NCBI GenBank assembly: GCA_963768055.1
Contig: CAVYGN010000002.1
Span: 128,001-192,000, forward strand
Length of the DNA: 64,000 bases
DNA from: an uncultured Spirochaetota bacterium
Lineage (GTDB): Bacteria > Spirochaetota > Brevinematia > Brevinematales > JAOACQ01
Direction: 5' to 3'
In this document: piece after piece, positions 20,974 through 29,384 of the stretch
Position numbering within the stretch: the stretch's first letter is position 1
How the letters are laid out: every line of letters begins with the position of its first letter
Translations under genes and position numbers: made by a program
The notes under the pieces: model-generated
Database searches by the model: none
Told to the model about the DNA's origin: nothing
Seen by the model: the letters and a program-made list of their open reading frames with translations, nothing else

Positions 20974-21570
20974 ATGAGAATGATTTTAATTGCTGCTGTC
21001 TTTATTTTTTTTATTTTTCTTTTAGCATATCCGGATTCCCCCAGTTCGTCCCAGGCGAGCCCTTATACTCAGTTAATCGGCTTCAGTGCGGGCGGAGAGT
21101 TTTTTCTTAATAACTATCTCAGCGACTGGTCTACCGGCGTGTTTTTTGAAAACGTTATAAATCCATGGTTCGGTTTTGAAATAGAAATGGCAAGATCTTC
21201 GACGCCGATCACCAGTTATACTCAGGTTATCGCCGTTAATCCGCAGACATATTACGGTACAGGCAAACTTGATTATATCGAAATGAGCGGAGCCTTGAAA
21301 GTCTATATCCAGGGGATAGGCATATCATTTGGAATAACATATAACAGTTTTAATTCCGGTTATATTGTAGTAAATACAAACAACTATTATCAAACGATCG
21401 GGGACGGATTAAATTATTTCTCGATTTTCTTCGGGCCGGAATTAACCGCACAGATTTCATCGGACCTTTTTACCAAAGTGGGCATCATCGGCATCTATGG
21501 AATACTTGACACTATCCCTAATTACAACATAGGATTCCGGTTTTATATCTCCTTCGCTTATGGTATTTAA
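20974..21570 (+). CDS. Exported protein, probable small outer-membrane beta-barrel
   Basis: Signal peptide; alternating aromatic/Gly beta-strand pattern ending FYISFAYGI. Confidence 0.55.
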   Translation: MRMILIAAVFIFFIFLLAYPDSPSSSQASPYTQLIGFSAGGEFFLNNYLSDWSTGVFFENVINPWFGFEIEMARSSTPITSYTQVIAVNPQTYYGTGKLDYIEMSGALKVYIQGIGISFGITYNSFNSGYIVVNTNNYYQTIGDGLNYFSIFFGPELTAQISSDLFTKVGIIGIYGILDTIPNYNIGFRFYISFAYGI

Positions 21571-21576
21571 AGGATC

Positions 21577-21648
21577 GGAACCACTGATTTCACAGATAAC
21601 ACAGATTTAAATTTTAAAAATAATTGAAAAAGAAGTATCTGTGTAATC
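21577..21648 (+). repeat. Family-D repeat, left arm
   Basis: GGAACCACTGATTTCACAGATAACACAGAT...ATCTGTGTAATC. Confidence 0.8.
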
Positions 21649-21728
21649 ATTAATAAATTATAAATAAAAAACAGACTGAATAATCTTAATACAACATTAA
21701 TGCTCTAAAGTTTTTAATTGGAGTTATT

Positions 21729-22088
21729 ATGGAATTTAAAGATTGGTTGACGGTTATTATTAGTTTTTTAACATTTATTGTTGGCATTATCACTCTTATT
21801 TTTATTATAAGAATTGAAATAAAATCAAAAGAAATGAAAGATGATGTTTGGGGTGCAATTAATGATTTGGCTTTATATTTAAATGCCGAACAAATAATGA
21901 TGTTAAGAAACGGCTCAATGGATAAAGAAAATATTAAAACTTTAATAGACTACTGGAAAACAGAACATGAATCTAAAATTTCACAAAAAGACCGTAAGAA
22001 ATTATCTGATGAAAATAAGAAATGGCAAGTTAAATATGACAATACTTTTAATATAATGAGTCAATACCTAGATAACCCAAAAAAATAA
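21729..22088 (+). CDS. AT-rich hypothetical protein with one N-terminal TM
   Basis: GGAG RBS; 119 aa; visibly more AT-rich than the flanking genes. Confidence 0.7.
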   Translation: MEFKDWLTVIISFLTFIVGIITLIFIIRIEIKSKEMKDDVWGAINDLALYLNAEQIMMLRNGSMDKENIKTLIDYWKTEHESKISQKDRKKLSDENKKWQVKYDNTFNIMSQYLDNPKK

Positions 22089-22120
22089 ATTTATCGCCTA
22101 TACTTTTATAGAGAGATTGG

Positions 22121-22181
22121 CATATAATTTTATATGGATTTCACAGATAACATCGGTGAAATCTGTGAAATCTGTGGTTTC
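22121..22181 (-). repeat. Family-D repeat, right arm (inverted)
   Basis: CATATAA...TGGATTTCACAGATAAC...ATCTGTGAAATCTGTGGTTTC. Confidence 0.8.
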
Positions 22182-22205
22182 ATCTTAACTTTAATAGTTG
22201 ATCGG

Positions 22206-22493
22206 TTATTTCCTAAAAGTCCTGTAAGGGGCCTTTATCGCTTCCCAGCTGAATCGCAGGGGCACATCGTCATCCCCCCCTTTAAAAAACCATCCGTTGC
22301 ACCTGAAGAGCCTCGAAAATCCGAGCAGAAGCCCCTTTATAACCCCGAAACGCAACACCGATTTCCTGAAATATTCCGAGCATGTCGGTTTATACATGCA
22401 GGCCATCGGAAGAATCGGAGATATAAGAACCTTATAAACAGTGAACGGAAAAGCGGCCGCTTTTCTTATAACGGTTTCAAATCTTTGAGGCAT
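22206..22493 (-). CDS. yidD: Membrane protein insertion efficiency factor
   Basis: YK..ISP....C.Y.PTCSEY...G..KG......RL.RC; follows rnpA. Confidence 0.88.
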   Translation of the reverse strand: MPQRFETVIRKAAAFPFTVYKVLISPILPMACMYKPTCSEYFRKSVLRFGVIKGLLLGFSRLFRCNGWFFKGGDDDVPLRFSWEAIKAPYRTFRK

Positions 22494-22813
22494 TTAAAGA
22501 TCCTTCTCAAATCGGAGAGTTTGGAGTCTTCATCTGGGGGCTTTTTTGACAGTACAATAACAATATCGCAGGGCATCGAAAATTCGTTTTTAATTTTCCT
22601 GAAAACCTCGCGAACGGCTCTTTTCTCATGATTTCTGAAAACGGCATTCCCAAGCCTTGATGAAACTGATATTCCGATACGGGAAATTGTTGACGGGAGA
22701 TAATAGGCGCGGAAAAAAGAGGACCTGAGGACCTTGCCTAGCTTATAAACAGCCTCAATGTCCGCTTTCTTTTTTAAATGATTCTCTTTTTTATATGAGA
22801 AAGGCTTATTCAT
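22466..22813 (-). CDS. rnpA: Ribonuclease P protein component
   Basis: RIGISVS.RLGNAV.RN..KR..RE.FR; follows rpmH. Confidence 0.92.
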   Translation of the reverse strand: MNKPFSYKKENHLKKKADIEAVYKLGKVLRSSFFRAYYLPSTISRIGISVSSRLGNAVFRNHEKRAVREVFRKIKNEFSMPCDIVIVLSKKPPDEDSKLSDLRRIFKCLKDLKPL

Positions 22814-22949
22814 CAGATACGGTCAGCTTTTTCCTTCCTTTTAGCCGGCGGCGGTTCAGTATTAACCTGCCATCCTTTGACTTCATCCTTCTCCTGAACC
22901 CATGCGTCCTTGCCCTTTTAACATTGCTGGGTTGATATGTTCTCTTCAT
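22806..22949 (-). CDS. rpmH: 50S ribosomal protein L34 (not in ORF track)
   Basis: Manual translation [56 protein letters not shown]. Confidence 0.97.
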   Translation of the reverse strand: MKRTYQPSNVKRARTHGFRRRMKSKDGRLILNRRRLKGRKKLTVSDE

Positions 22950-22977
22950 TGGGTCTGCTCCTTGAAGTTAAATAAAA

Positions 22978-23050
<73 letters not shown>

Positions 23051-23067
23051 AATTTTAAAGTGTGAGT

Positions 23068-23096
23068 ATTCTATCTTATTTTCACTTCATTGTCAA
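23068..23096 (-). promoter_or_regulatory. Sigma70 promoter for tRNA-Phe/rpmH
   Basis: TTGACA-17 bp-TAGAAT on minus strand. Confidence 0.75.
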
Positions 23097-23101
23097 AAAT
23101 T

Positions 23102-23174
23102 AGCCACCTGTGGGACTTGAACCCACAACCTGCTGATTACAAGTCAGCTGCTCTACCAATTGAGCTAAAGTGGC
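23102..23174 (-). tRNA. tRNA-Thr(TGT)
   Basis: Reverse complement GCCACTTTAGCTCAATTGGTAGAGCAGCTGACTTGTAATCAGC...GGTTCAAGTCCCACAGGTGGCT. Confidence 0.97.
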
Positions 23175-23184
23175 GCAAGGTGTA

Positions 23185-23213
23185 ATTTTAAAGAAAAACG
23201 GCGAATTTGTCAA
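23185..23213 (-). promoter_or_regulatory. Sigma70 promoter for tRNA-Thr
   Basis: TTGACA-17 bp-TAAAAT on minus strand. Confidence 0.75.
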
Positions 23214-23232
23214 AAATCGAGGGGACCGAATC

Positions 23233-23392
23233 GATTAATATGCCGATCTCTTTGTGAAGTAAATTTTTTCCGGGCAGTATTCGACAGCGTTTATGTTGAA
23301 GCATGATCTGCTAAGTTACAAAATGACAGCAAGCGTTGATTGAATGCTTTAAAAAAAAAGAAATTTCAATTATCTGATGGGTAGAATAATTA
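23233..23392 (+). repeat. Family-B repeat, left part
   Basis: Closely matches 54069-54229 by eye. Confidence 0.88.
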
Positions 23393-23444
23393 GGTATAGA
23401 AAAGCTTGGCGAAACGACAATTAAAAAATCAAGTCTTTTCCCGC

Positions 23445-23582
23445 TGCGGATTCCGGTGAAACCTGCCACCAAATCCGGGTGAAAGTTTATCACTAAAAAA
23501 GACATTAACAAATCCAGATTTATTTTATCCCTGATGGCAGGTTTGAACCGGATTACATGGAAGGTTTCGTCCGGTTTACGTA
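23445..23582. mobile_element. IS21-like miniature element (ends only)
   Basis: Left TGCGGATTCCGGTGAAACCTGCCACCAAATCCGG; right end reverse complement TACGTAAACCGGACGAAACCTTCCATGTAATCCGGTTCAAACCTGCCATCA, with tandem subterminal repeats. Confidence 0.6.
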
Positions 23583-23600
23583 GAACTACTCCGAATTAAT

Positions 23601-23824
23601 GACAATATGAAGGTTATTTGAAGTTAATTTTTTTACGCGCGTTATGAGCAAGCGCTTAACTGAGGCCGCTCGTTATATTTTAATAATCTCATATTGATAA
23701 AAATATTTCTTTATTAAAAAAGAATTCCATCAGCGCTTGCGACAGTTTTAAAGCATTGCAGTTCAAGCTTGTGAATACAGCGCGGTAAAAAAATTTACTT
23801 TATAAAGTAATCTGCATATTGATC
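23601..23824 (-). repeat. Family-B repeat, complete copy in inverted orientation
   Basis: Ends GACAATATG..GAAGTTAATTTTTTT and AAAAAAATTTACTT..GCATATTGATC; reverse complement aligns with 58679 copy (AGCTTGA...AAAAC...CGCTGAT.GAAT.CTTTTTTAATAAA...GAGCGG.CTC...TAAGCGCTTGC). Confidence 0.8.
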
Positions 23825-23927
23825 TAATCGACCCCACACTTATTGACTAAAAACCAAATTTATCCTAATATAAATGTCATATTTAACATAACGAAGTTAA
23901 TAATTATCTCATCTTTCGGGGCTATTG

Positions 23928-25268
23928 ATGAAATTTAAAAAGAAGACATTCGGCTTCGGCGGCATCTATATCGATAAAAGGAAGCTTACAGATTCAATCC
24001 CCTTTACAAAGACACATATTCCGTTTCAGATCAGACTCCCGATGTCGCAGGACAGCGGAAAGCCTGCCAGAACTATTGTCGAAGCCGGCCAATACGTGGA
24101 GGAAGGCCAGATCATCGGCGAGGCTGCCGACGCGGATTCGGCGTACATTCATACCAGCGTTTCAGGGAGGGTAGTTTCTGTTGAGAGAGGCCGGGGATTC
24201 GGACAGACAGAAACAAATGTTGTAACAATCGAGACAGGCGGAATTGTGAAGAACTGGTATGGGAAAAAATATGAAATCGCCAACATGACCCCCGAGCAGA
24301 TGGTTAAAGAGATCATGCTGGCGGGAATCGTCGGGCTTGGCGGCATGTTTGACTGCCTGCCTGTTCAGACCAAGCTTGTACGTAAGGAGGGCAAAAAGGC
24401 CGATACGCTGATCGTCAACGCGGCTGAATCCGGCCCCTATCTTACCTCCGAGCACAGGTTAATGATCGAAAAAACCGGAGAGGTAATCGAAGGAATTATC
24501 CAGGTCATGAAAATCATCGGCGCACCTGAAGCCATTATAGGTATTGAAGAAAACAAGGCTGACGCCGCCGAAGCAATATTGTCAAAGCTTGGGGATCATC
24601 CCGGGATCAGGGTCGAGGTCCTCAGGTCGAAATACCCCCAGGACGGTGAAAGAGAACTTATTTTTTCACTATTAAAAAAGGAGGTACCGGCGGGTTGGTC
24701 TCCTATCAATATGGGGGTTGTAGTTGAGAATGTCTCGACTATCTTCGCAATTTACGAGGCCCTTGTTTATAAAAAACCATTGATAGAGCGCTATATGACA
24801 TATTCAGGGGAAAATGTTGAAAAACGCGGTAATTATAAAGTCAGGATAGGGACTCCGATCAGGCTCATCCTGGAAGAATTCGGCTTGCCGGAAAGTTTCG
24901 GAGCAGTAATATCGGGAGACCCGTTGACAGGGATCGATATCAAGGATTTGAACACCCCTGTAATGAAAAATACCGCCGCAATTATCATACTGTCGAAGCC
25001 TCAAAATTACAGGGTTCTGAACAGGCCCTGCATACGGTGTTCGAAGTGCCTATCTTCATGCCCGATGAGACTCAACCCTGCTGTACTTGCCAGGCTGTGC
25101 GGGGAGGAAAATATTAATGAAGCCGCCGGACTGGGTTTAACTCAATGCATAGAATGCGGCTGCTGTTCCTACAGCTGTCCGTCGACAATTCCAATAACGG
25201 GCCTTATCCGGTACGGGAAAAAGATCCTGGGTTCACCCAGTAGGGAGGGCACTAATGGCAGGAACTGA
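23928..25268 (+). CDS. rnfC: Rnf complex subunit C (divergent)
   Basis: HTSVSG.V, AGIVGLGG, two intact 4Fe-4S motifs CIRCSKCLSSCP and CIECGCCSYSCP. Confidence 0.88.
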   Translation: MKFKKKTFGFGGIYIDKRKLTDSIPFTKTHIPFQIRLPMSQDSGKPARTIVEAGQYVEEGQIIGEAADADSAYIHTSVSGRVVSVERGRGFGQTETNVVTIETGGIVKNWYGKKYEIANMTPEQMVKEIMLAGIVGLGGMFDCLPVQTKLVRKEGKKADTLIVNAAESGPYLTSEHRLMIEKTGEVIEGIIQVMKIIGAPEAIIGIEENKADAAEAILSKLGDHPGIRVEVLRSKYPQDGERELIFSLLKKEVPAGWSPINMGVVVENVSTIFAIYEALVYKKPLIERYMTYSGENVEKRGNYKVRIGTPIRLILEEFGLPESFGAVISGDPLTGIDIKDLNTPVMKNTAAIIILSKPQNYRVLNRPCIRCSKCLSSCPMRLNPAVLARLCGEENINEAAGLGLTQCIECGCCSYSCPSTIPITGLIRYGKKILGSPSREGTNGRN

Positions 25269-26295
25269 GGGTTTATCCTGTAAGGGAAAAGCTGGAACAG
25301 TTGTATTTTCACCCCATATTCACAACGGGTCAAGCATAGAAAGGATAATGTGGGATGTTGTAATAGCGCTGATCCCGGCGGGCCTGGCAAGCGTCTATTT
25401 TTTTGGAATGAATTCCATCAGGATAATAGGCATAAGCCTTCTTACAGGCATCACGACAGAGTTATTGATGTGCCTTATAACAAGAAGACCCGTCACTATT
25501 CTTGATGGAAGCGCGGTTATTACATCCCTTTTATTCGCCTATATCATGCCGCCTTCCTGCCCATGGTATGTAATCATCGCAGGATGTTCTTTTTCAATAG
25601 CGGTTGTAAAATGGGCCTTCGGAGGGCTCGGCAATAACTTTATGAACCCTGCGCTTGGAGGATATATATTCTCTGCGGCGGCATGGCAAAATATTGTAAC
25701 GGGAAGCTGGTCTCCTACAATAAGGCCCTTCTTAAAAGCAGGATTCGGCTTTTTCGACGCTTCTTTGCAGATAATCGATCCGGTAATTATTAACGGCCGG
25801 GCAACGCCTCTTTCCGCCTTGAAAACCGGAGGATGGGACGCTGTTACCTCGGCTCATCTGGATAATTATTTTAATCTCTTCATCGGCAATATCCCTGGCG
25901 CAATCGGTGAAACCTCCAAGCTGGCCATATTGATCGGTCTCGGTTACCTTTTGATCAGGAGGATAATACTCCCCGTAATCCCCCTGGTTTTCATGGGCAG
26001 TTCTATTGTTTTTTTATCGGTTTTCGGAGGTTTTCAGTTCCCTTTATTCCACCTGCTGTCAGGCGGACTTATTCTCTGTGCGAGTTTTATGGCCGTTGAT
26101 TATACGACATCCCCGATAACTGTCGCCGGAAAAATTATCTTTGCCGTAAGCCTGGGTTTATTGACGGCGGTAATACGCTTATGGGGCGATTTTGCCGAGG
26201 GGGCGTTATATGCCGTAGCTTTTATGAATATATTCGTTCCGCTTATAGACAGGTTTGTCAGGAAAAGAATATTCGGGTACGGGAGGTCCGGATGA
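25255..26295 (+). CDS. rnfD: Rnf complex subunit D
   Basis: SPHIH, IMWDVVIALIPA, FGGLGNNFMNPAL, ATPL, IPGAIGETS, DYTTSP. Confidence 0.93.
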   Translation: MAGTEGLSCKGKAGTVVFSPHIHNGSSIERIMWDVVIALIPAGLASVYFFGMNSIRIIGISLLTGITTELLMCLITRRPVTILDGSAVITSLLFAYIMPPSCPWYVIIAGCSFSIAVVKWAFGGLGNNFMNPALGGYIFSAAAWQNIVTGSWSPTIRPFLKAGFGFFDASLQIIDPVIINGRATPLSALKTGGWDAVTSAHLDNYFNLFIGNIPGAIGETSKLAILIGLGYLLIRRIILPVIPLVFMGSSIVFLSVFGGFQFPLFHLLSGGLILCASFMAVDYTTSPITVAGKIIFAVSLGLLTAVIRLWGDFAEGALYAVAFMNIFVPLIDRFVRKRIFGYGRSG

Positions 26296-26888
26296 AGCGC
26301 TTTACGCTGGGATTGGCCCCTGTTCTTGCCGTATCGGCGCTTGCCGTAAACAGTATCGCAATAGGCATCTCCATCGCTTTGACGCTTGTCATATCGGCAA
26401 GCTTTAACAAAATAATAGGGAACCGCCTTCCTAAAATTATCCTTAACATATTATCGGTTATAATAATATCAGCCGCCGTTACTTCGCTTCAAATCGCAGC
26501 AGGATATTTTACCCCGGATTTAAGCTCGTCTCTGGGCATATACCTTCCGATTATCGCCGTTAATTGCCTGATATATGATATGTCAGGAATTTATCCGGAA
26601 AATGAAGCCCCCCGCAGCGTAATTTTAGTTTTTTTCAGCCTGGCAGTAGCATCCGTGCTTATAGGCCTTATCAGGGAAGTCGCGGGCAAAGGTACAATTA
26701 CCATGATGATTTCCGGAGCAGGGTTTGTATACGATCTTGCAAAATCCGGGTCGAAGGGCCTGGCCCTGGCTCCGGCTATGGTTTTTGTACTGCCGGCCGG
26801 AGGTTTCATTATCATAGGATTGGCGCTCGCACTTATTCAATATATTACAAACAAAACTCAAACCGGCAAAACGCCTCAGGAGGTATAA
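26292..26888 (+). CDS. rnfE: Rnf complex subunit E (N-terminally short, divergent)
   Basis: LGLAPVLAV, LGIYLPIIAVNC, IRE..G.G; ATGA overlap with rnfD and GGAGGT RBS. Confidence 0.82.
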   Translation: MKRFTLGLAPVLAVSALAVNSIAIGISIALTLVISASFNKIIGNRLPKIILNILSVIIISAAVTSLQIAAGYFTPDLSSSLGIYLPIIAVNCLIYDMSGIYPENEAPRSVILVFFSLAVASVLIGLIREVAGKGTITMMISGAGFVYDLAKSGSKGLALAPAMVFVLPAGGFIIIGLALALIQYITNKTQTGKTPQEV

Positions 26889-27064
26889 TGGATTTCATGA
26901 AGATTATGGCGGTGTCCTTCGGCGCGATTATAAAGATCGCGCCGATGGAGGTATAATGGATTTCATGAAGATTATGACGGTGTCCTTCGGCGCGATTATA
27001 AAGATCGCGCCGATGGAGGTATAATGGATTTCATGAAGATTATGGCGGTGTCCTTCGGCGCGAT
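26879..27064 (+). repeat. 68-bp tandem repeat (about 2.7 copies) of the rnfE end / rnfA start
   Basis: GGAGGTATAATGGATTTCATGAAG begins at 26879, 26947 and 27015. Confidence 0.97.
26888..27024 (+). other. Two 22-aa mini-ORFs (26888-26956, 26956-27024)
   Basis: MDFMKIM(A/T)VSFGAIIKIAPMEV*, each with GGAGG RBS and TAATG stop/start overlap. Confidence 0.6.
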
Positions 27065-27611
27065 CTTTATAAACAATTTTGTTTTCAGCCGATTCCTGGG
27101 GTTCTGCCCCTTTTTCTCTGTTTCAAAAAGTCCCGGACCGGCTTTTATTATGGGACTTGCCGTTACAGTAATGATGACGGCATCCAGCGCTATTCTTTAT
27201 CCTTTGAATCATTACATCCTTGTTCCGTTTAAGCTCGACAAATTCCTTCAGACAGGCGTATTCGTTTTATTGACATACCTTTTAATCAGGACAGCTGAAT
27301 TTATAATGAAACGCTTCTTATCTGGTCTAAGCAAAGGCCCCGGCATATATTTTCCGCTCCTAACTTCCAATTGCGCGGTCCTGGGTGCGGCTTTCATCGT
27401 TATACGGGAAAATTATAATATTGCTCAAGGCCTCGTATTCAGTTTCGCTTCGGGAATAGGATTTACACTGGCCCTCTTTATGATGTCAAGTGCAAAAGAG
27501 AGGATTGACAGTTCAAATGTCCCCGCCGCTTTCAGGGATCTGCCGATCTCATTCATTTCAGCTGGCCTGATGGCTCTTTCCATGTACGGCTTCTCCGGGA
27601 TACTGAAATAA
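27024..27611 (+). CDS. rnfA: Rnf complex subunit A
   Basis: NNFV.SRFLG.CPF, GIYFPLLTSNCAVLG, VP.AF...PISFI.AGLMAL. Confidence 0.92.
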   Translation: MDFMKIMAVSFGAIFINNFVFSRFLGFCPFFSVSKSPGPAFIMGLAVTVMMTASSAILYPLNHYILVPFKLDKFLQTGVFVLLTYLLIRTAEFIMKRFLSGLSKGPGIYFPLLTSNCAVLGAAFIVIRENYNIAQGLVFSFASGIGFTLALFMMSSAKERIDSSNVPAAFRDLPISFISAGLMALSMYGFSGILK

Positions 27612-27614
27612 AAT

Positions 27615-27725
27615 TGTCATTTCGGGCGCAGCGAGAAATCCTCCAATTTATCAATTTCCCGACTCAGGGAAGATTTCTCTCACAGGGTAAACCCTTACAG
27701 GATGAACCCTTCGGTCGAAATGACA
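27615..27725. repeat. Family-C REP-like palindrome between convergent genes
   Basis: TGTCATTTCG...GAGAAATC...GATTTCTC...CGAAATGACA nested inverted repeats. Confidence 0.85.
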
Positions 27726-27737
27726 TCACTTTTTGTA

Positions 27738-28718
27738 TCATTTATTCTCGCATTTTTTGTTTTCCAGGTAATCCTCCGCCATATACGCCGCGATCGCCCC
27801 GTCTCCTACGGCTGTCGATATCTGGCGAAGGGGGGTTTTCCTGCAGTCTCCGGCCGCAAATACCCCCTTAATTGTGGTCTGCATCAATTCATCGGTTATT
27901 ATATATCCGTCATGGTCTTTTTTTACATCGACCAGGGCTGTATTTGGGACATGGCCGATATATATGAAAAGTCCGTCTATCTCCAGGCCGCTTTCGGCGC
28001 CGGTTTTAACGTTCCTGATTCTGATTGAGCGTATTTTTTCATCCCCGATCACTTCGGTGACAACGCTGTCCCATATGAAATCCATTTTCGGGTTTTCGAA
28101 CGCCTTTTTTTGAAGTATTTTTTCAGCGCGCAGTTCATCGCGCCTGTGAATAACAGTTACCTTATCGGCGAAACGCGTCAGGAATAGACCTTCGGTTATC
28201 GCCGAGTCCCCGCCCCCAACAACGGCTACCTTTTTTTTCCTATATAAAGCCGCATCGCATGTTGCGCAGGTAGATATCCCCCTGCCCATATACCTGTCCT
28301 CGCCCTTGATCCCAAGGAGACGCGACATGGAACCTGTTGTGATAATAATGGATTTCGCCCTGAACAGTCTGGACTGCCCTTTTAAAATAAAAGTATCGCT
28401 ACCTGCTGTTTTTTCAATGGAATGGATCTCATCGGACTCGAAACCCGCCCCGAACTTTTTAGCCTGGTCTTCCATCCTCTTGGAAAGATCGAAACCGTTG
28501 ATCCCTTCATGAAAACCGGGATAATTCTCGATCAGGTCGGATACCATGGCCTGCCCGCCGGAACCCAGTTTTTCTATAACGAGGGTCGAGAGCAGTGCGC
28601 GGGAAGAGTAAATGGCGGCAGTAAGTCCCGCAGGCCCGGCCCCCACTATCACAGTGTCGAAAACCGTATCGGTATTTACAACAGCGGACTGGCCTGTATC
28701 TATTTCAAGCTTAAGCAT
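27738..28718 (-). CDS. trxB: Thioredoxin-disulfide reductase
   Basis: GAGPAG, CATCD, VGGGDSA, GVFAAGD; AAGGAGG RBS. Confidence 0.96.
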   Translation of the reverse strand: MLKLEIDTGQSAVVNTDTVFDTVIVGAGPAGLTAAIYSSRALLSTLVIEKLGSGGQAMVSDLIENYPGFHEGINGFDLSKRMEDQAKKFGAGFESDEIHSIEKTAGSDTFILKGQSRLFRAKSIIITTGSMSRLLGIKGEDRYMGRGISTCATCDAALYRKKKVAVVGGGDSAITEGLFLTRFADKVTVIHRRDELRAEKILQKKAFENPKMDFIWDSVVTEVIGDEKIRSIRIRNVKTGAESGLEIDGLFIYIGHVPNTALVDVKKDHDGYIITDELMQTTIKGVFAAGDCRKTPLRQISTAVGDGAIAAYMAEDYLENKKCENK

Positions 28719-28778
28719 CAAAGCCTCCTTTATCACCCTTCATACAATGTTATATCATAATTTTTTTTATTAAAAATT

Positions 28779-29372
28779 TCAAATAACGCCCTTTCTTAAA
28801 ATATCTCCCGGCAGTCCGGATTTTCGCAGGCATACAATCAACTCACTCATTGGGGCGCCGATCACGTTATCGAAACTCCCTTTAACAATGCTTATAAATT
28901 CATCCCTGTCCTGGACCGCGTAGCCCCCGGCATATTTTGTGACACGATGGTCCGAAACATAATCCGAAATGAATTTATCATCGATGGATTTAAAATTCAA
29001 TACGGTCTCCCCGACCCCAGAGGCCTCTACATTCCTTCGCCTGTTGATAACAGCATAACCGCTAAAAACAGATTGGGGCTTTCCGCTTAAAAAACGCAGG
29101 ATTTTCCGCGCTTCTTCCGGATCGGACGGCTTTCCTATAATAATGCCTTCACAGACTACAACCGTATCAAAACCGATAACAAAATCTAAGGGAAATTTTT
29201 CTGAAACTCTTAAGGCTTTATTTAAAGCAAGGATCCTTGTAAGTTCGGCCGGATTATCAGCTTTTATGCTTGATTCGTCGAAATCCGAGACGCTGACTTT
29301 AAATCTTGTGAAGTATTTTTTGAACAGCTGTTTTCTGCCCATTGACGCGCTTGCAAGGATGATCCGGTCCAT
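28779..29372 (-). CDS. maf: Maf-family nucleoside triphosphate pyrophosphatase
   Basis: IILASAS..R, KA, IG.DTVV, GKP, AGGY. Confidence 0.88.
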   Translation of the reverse strand: MDRIILASASMGRKQLFKKYFTRFKVSVSDFDESSIKADNPAELTRILALNKALRVSEKFPLDFVIGFDTVVVCEGIIIGKPSDPEEARKILRFLSGKPQSVFSGYAVINRRRNVEASGVGETVLNFKSIDDKFISDYVSDHRVTKYAGGYAVQDRDEFISIVKGSFDNVIGAPMSELIVCLRKSGLPGDILRKGVI

Positions 29373-29384
29373 AAATAAAATCCG

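Noticed and set aside
22134..22631. 165-aa plus-strand ORF
   Set aside because: Starts inside the family-D repeat and is antisense to yidD/rnpA.
23233..23927. Riboswitch or long leader for rnf
   Set aside because: Region is accounted for by dispersed repeats; a plausible promoter (TTGACT-17 bp-TAATAT, 23843-23871) lies downstream of them; no known aptamer recognised.
26181..26291. Extended N-terminus of rnfE or remnant of rnfG
   Set aside because: Overlaps the rnfD coding frame, has no RnfG features; RBS and ATGA overlap support 26292.
26879..27064. Possible CRISPR array
   Set aside because: Units are near-identical along their whole length, with no unique spacers, and derive from the rnfA start; no cas genes in the window.
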